From: Hafnia phage vB_HpaM_SarahDanielle | Length of the DNA stretch: 24,000 nucleotides | Strand: one strand, 5' to 3' | Sequence record: MW749010.1 | In this document: positions 23,694-24,000 of the stretch, piece after piece | Layout: each line of letters begins with the position of its first letter | Numbering within the stretch: the stretch's first letter is position 1 | Position numbers and translations under genes: made by a program | The notes under the pieces: generated by a model | The model's input: only the letters and a program-made list of their open reading frames with translations | The model's database searches: none | Told to the model about the DNA's origin: nothing

Positions 23694-23766
23694 TGTAAAG
23701 AACTGTAAAGAAGGTTTGTAAAGAGTCTGTAAAGAAGTGTAAATGACTATGTAAAGAACTGTAAAA
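23694..23766 (+). repeat. Dense TGTAAAG motif array
   Basis: TGTAAAG or one-base variants at 23694, 23704, 23717, 23728, 23738, 23750 and 23760. Confidence 0.85.
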
Positions 23767-23770
23767 AGGC

Positions 23771-23799
23771 TTGACAAACACTGTGACCATATCTATACA
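23771..23799 (+). promoter_or_regulatory. Strong sigma70-like promoter
   Basis: TTGACA (perfect), 17 bp, TATACA, with a TGTAAAG array immediately upstream. Confidence 0.7.
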
Positions 23800-23805
23800 A
23801 ACATT

Positions 23806-24000
23806 TGTAAAGAATTGTAAAGAATCTTGATAGTTTTCTTCACAGTGATAAGATGAGAGTGGTAGAAGAGAGCCTTAAAAGAATCTGTAAAGATTTGTAA
23901 AGAGACTTGACAAAACTCTTTAAAGAACAAGCTACTAAACACTTTGTAAAACTCTGTAAAGACTCTTGACAAACTCTGTAAAGACACTATGTAAAGTTCT
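23806..24000 (+). repeat. Further TGTAAAG motifs with interspersed TTGACA/TTGATA hexamers
   Basis: TGTAAAG at 23806, 23816, 23886, 23896, 23955, 23977, 23990; variant at 23945. TTGACA at 23907 and 23966; TTGATA at 23827. Confidence 0.8.

Noticed and set aside
22830-23700. tRNA or structured RNA genes in the noncoding right end
   Set aside because: No recognisable cloverleaf, T-loop GTTCGA or CCA end was found on reading. An Infernal/tRNAscan run is still needed; a significant hit would overturn this.
505-23987. All minus-strand ORFs in the supplied track (e.g. 505-696, 2326-2598, 3380-3796, 4108-4419, 5075-5395, 10109-10318, 17216-17404, 19022-19270, 23793-23987)
   Set aside because: They lie antisense to well-supported genes or in repeat-rich noncoding DNA and have biased low-complexity translations. 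Recurrent fragments such as RGLFKPLYKTL are the reversed terminator/leader modules.
15313-23996. TGTAAAG motifs as CRISPR-like or mobile-element repeats
   Set aside because: Heptamers at 10-13 bp spacing near promoters fit protein-binding sites, not spacers or transposon ends; no transposase seen.
1-24000. Retron, toxin-antitoxin or defence-island cargo
   Set aside because: No reverse transcriptase, TIR, SIR2, nuclease-helicase or obvious toxin-antitoxin signatures among the translated ORFs. The contents look like phage replication, lysis and counter-defence genes.

Overview
All convincing genes in this window are on the + strand. It reads as part of a lytic, Gram-negative-infecting tailed phage, AT-rich by eye. 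The gene content (rIIA/rIIB, NrdG, PRPP-synthetase-like, NAMPT/NadV-like, two-component spanins) resembles what is known from Felix O1-like and other large phages; this is inference, no search was run. Left part (about 1-15 kb): 3' end of a probable HNH protein, small zinc-ribbon protein, NrdG, HNH-like protein, Prs-like and NadV-like NAD metabolism pair, rIIA-like GHKL ATPase, rIIB-like protein, SLT-type lytic transglycosylase, HAD phosphatase, Rz/Rz1-type spanins, two tiny one-TM proteins missed by the ORF track, and a macro-domain protein. A noncoding switch region (14985-15443) carries four related ~42-bp repeats. Right part (15.4-22.8 kb): short genes, many preceded by a stereotyped intergenic module (TGTAAAG motifs, inverted repeat, sigma70-like -35/17 bp/-10, CACATCGAAA-type element, AAGAGGATTTAAAA-ATG leader). 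One of these genes closely resembles the T7 Ocr DNA-mimic antirestriction protein. The right end (22.8-24 kb) is noncoding, with a polypyrimidine tract, five exact-period 11-bp iteron-like repeats and a dense array of phased TGTAAAG motifs. Top leads: the possible NAD+ reconstitution (NARP1-like) pair with a macro-domain protein, the modular terminator/promoter hairpin family, the Ocr-like protein, and the right-end iteron/TGTAAAG region.
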